Shown piece by piece: positions 63,088 through 64,000 of a DNA stretch of 64,000 nucleotides. The notes beneath the pieces were generated by a model. It saw only the letters and a list, made by a program, of their open reading frames with translations, was not told the DNA's origin and did not search any database. Source of the DNA: an uncultured virus (IMG/VR IMGVR_UViG_3300037488_003672) (lineage: Duplodnaviria; Heunggongvirae; Uroviricota; Caudoviricetes); the IMG/VR virus record IMGVR_UViG_3300037488_003672; one strand, given 5' to 3'. The first letter of the stretch is position 1. The number at the start of each line of letters is the position of its first letter. Both the position numbers and the translations under genes were made by a program.

Positions 63088-63594
63088 ATGAGTCAAATTA
63101 ATGTTGCTTCTCGATCTGAGATGATCGACAAAGCTTTAAACGAAGAGAAAACGCTTCTCGAAATCAATCGAGAATTACGTTCTCTCAATATGAAACCCCT
63201 TTCCAAAAAGCAATTTACACAAAAGCTCTCAACAATCAAAAAGAAGGGGAATTATGAAATCGAATATACTCAAAAATTTGCGGGAAAATTTGATAATAAA
63301 ACCTTTTCTCTAAAAAAATATGGCGTTAAAAACTGCGTCAAAGAATGGTTCGAGTTGAAATTGTTGATTGATAAATGTTATCGCATCTCTGAAATGATGG
63401 ATGCTCGAATTAAACCCATTCCACTTCTGAAAACACAATTACACACTGCAACTGTGTCTCAAAACGATCACGCAATCCTTTTAATTCAAACTGAAATTGA
63501 TCGCTTAATTCGAGAATATGATGCGTTAAGTTCGCAACTCAACGCTTTAACTGATAATTATGCAATTAATGAATTAATTGAACCGAGCAATTAA
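63088..63594 (+). CDS. Hypothetical protein
   Basis: 168 aa, aagga RBS. Confidence 0.7.
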   Translation: MSQINVASRSEMIDKALNEEKTLLEINRELRSLNMKPLSKKQFTQKLSTIKKKGNYEIEYTQKFAGKFDNKTFSLKKYGVKNCVKEWFELKLLIDKCYRISEMMDARIKPIPLLKTQLHTATVSQNDHAILLIQTEIDRLIREYDALSSQLNALTDNYAINELIEPSN

Positions 63595-63648
63595 AAATAT
63601 GAACAAATCAACATCAAAAAAACTTCCTTCACTCGATTTTTTCTTTCT

Positions 63649-63894
63649 TTATGGTAATGAATGAACAAACGAAAGAAGCGTTTTAAATTGCTTTGGCTTG
63701 GCTTCTCTTTTACAATTGGAACAAACACTTTCTTCATCGCAACAGTTAACACAAGTAAAATTGTTGCATTTCTTGCAGATCGAACATTCATAATATCCTT
63801 CTTCTTGATCATCGTTGATTTCAATGTGTTTTTTGCACACAATACACACAATTTCAATCTCGTCAGTCATAGTCTCGATCCTCAAAGCTTTCAA
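63649..63894 (-). CDS. Cys-rich Zn-finger protein
   Basis: CIVC, CSICKKC, CVNC, CSNC. Confidence 0.65.
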   Translation of the reverse strand: MKALRIETMTDEIEIVCIVCKKHIEINDDQEEGYYECSICKKCNNFTCVNCCDEESVCSNCKREAKPKQFKTLLSFVHSLP

Positions 63895-63952
63895 TCATTA
63901 TAAATTTCACGTGGTAAATGTTTTTAAATATTTAAAACAATTAAATATTAAT

Positions 63953-64000
63953 ATGAAGAAATCAACTTCAAAAAAACCGAATACAGATTATTATAATCTT
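63953..64000 (+). CDS. 5' end of a gene running off the window
   Basis: Motif 63908, tttttaaa box, ATG; frame open to the end (MKKSTSKKPNTDYYNL). Confidence 0.45.
   Translation, partial: MKKSTSKKPNTDYYNL

Noticed and set aside
63591..63857. Alternative - strand ORF overlapping 63649..63894
   Set aside because: The Cys-rich frame has coherent Zn-finger motifs; this frame does not

Overview
Very AT-rich, gene-dense window, mostly + strand, with no rRNA, tRNA, CRISPR, ribosomal or core housekeeping genes recognisable. Several features point to a large mobile element (virus or giant plasmid) of an archaeal host, probably Asgard (Lokiarchaeia-like): BRE/TATA-like promoters with short leaders, oligo-T terminators, a CopG/RHH protein and a beta-helix surface protein of types I associate with Lokiarchaeia, and many Zn-ribbon ORFans. 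Host and element type are inferences; no capsid, terminase, polymerase or integrase is visible. Recognisable genes: CPBP protease, C39-like peptidase, GT-C glycosyltransferases, DEDDh exonuclease, MoxR AAA+ ATPase with three vWA proteins, two DNA methyltransferases, phytoene-desaturase-like FAD oxidoreductase, HAD phosphatase and large membrane-anchored surface proteins. Three linked signals stand out. (1) A parS-like palindrome, TT(T/C)CACGTGAAA, occurs at least 43 times (about every 1.5 kb), mostly at gene boundaries. (2) Several local duplications begin or end at this motif, suggesting motif-delimited cassette shuffling. (3) A short shared N-terminal peptide, M-x-K-F-x-F-x-x-D-G-like, starts about ten unrelated proteins; in one case it is fused with its promoter onto an apparently intact metabolic gene. 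Motif counts and alignments were made by eye and need computational confirmation.
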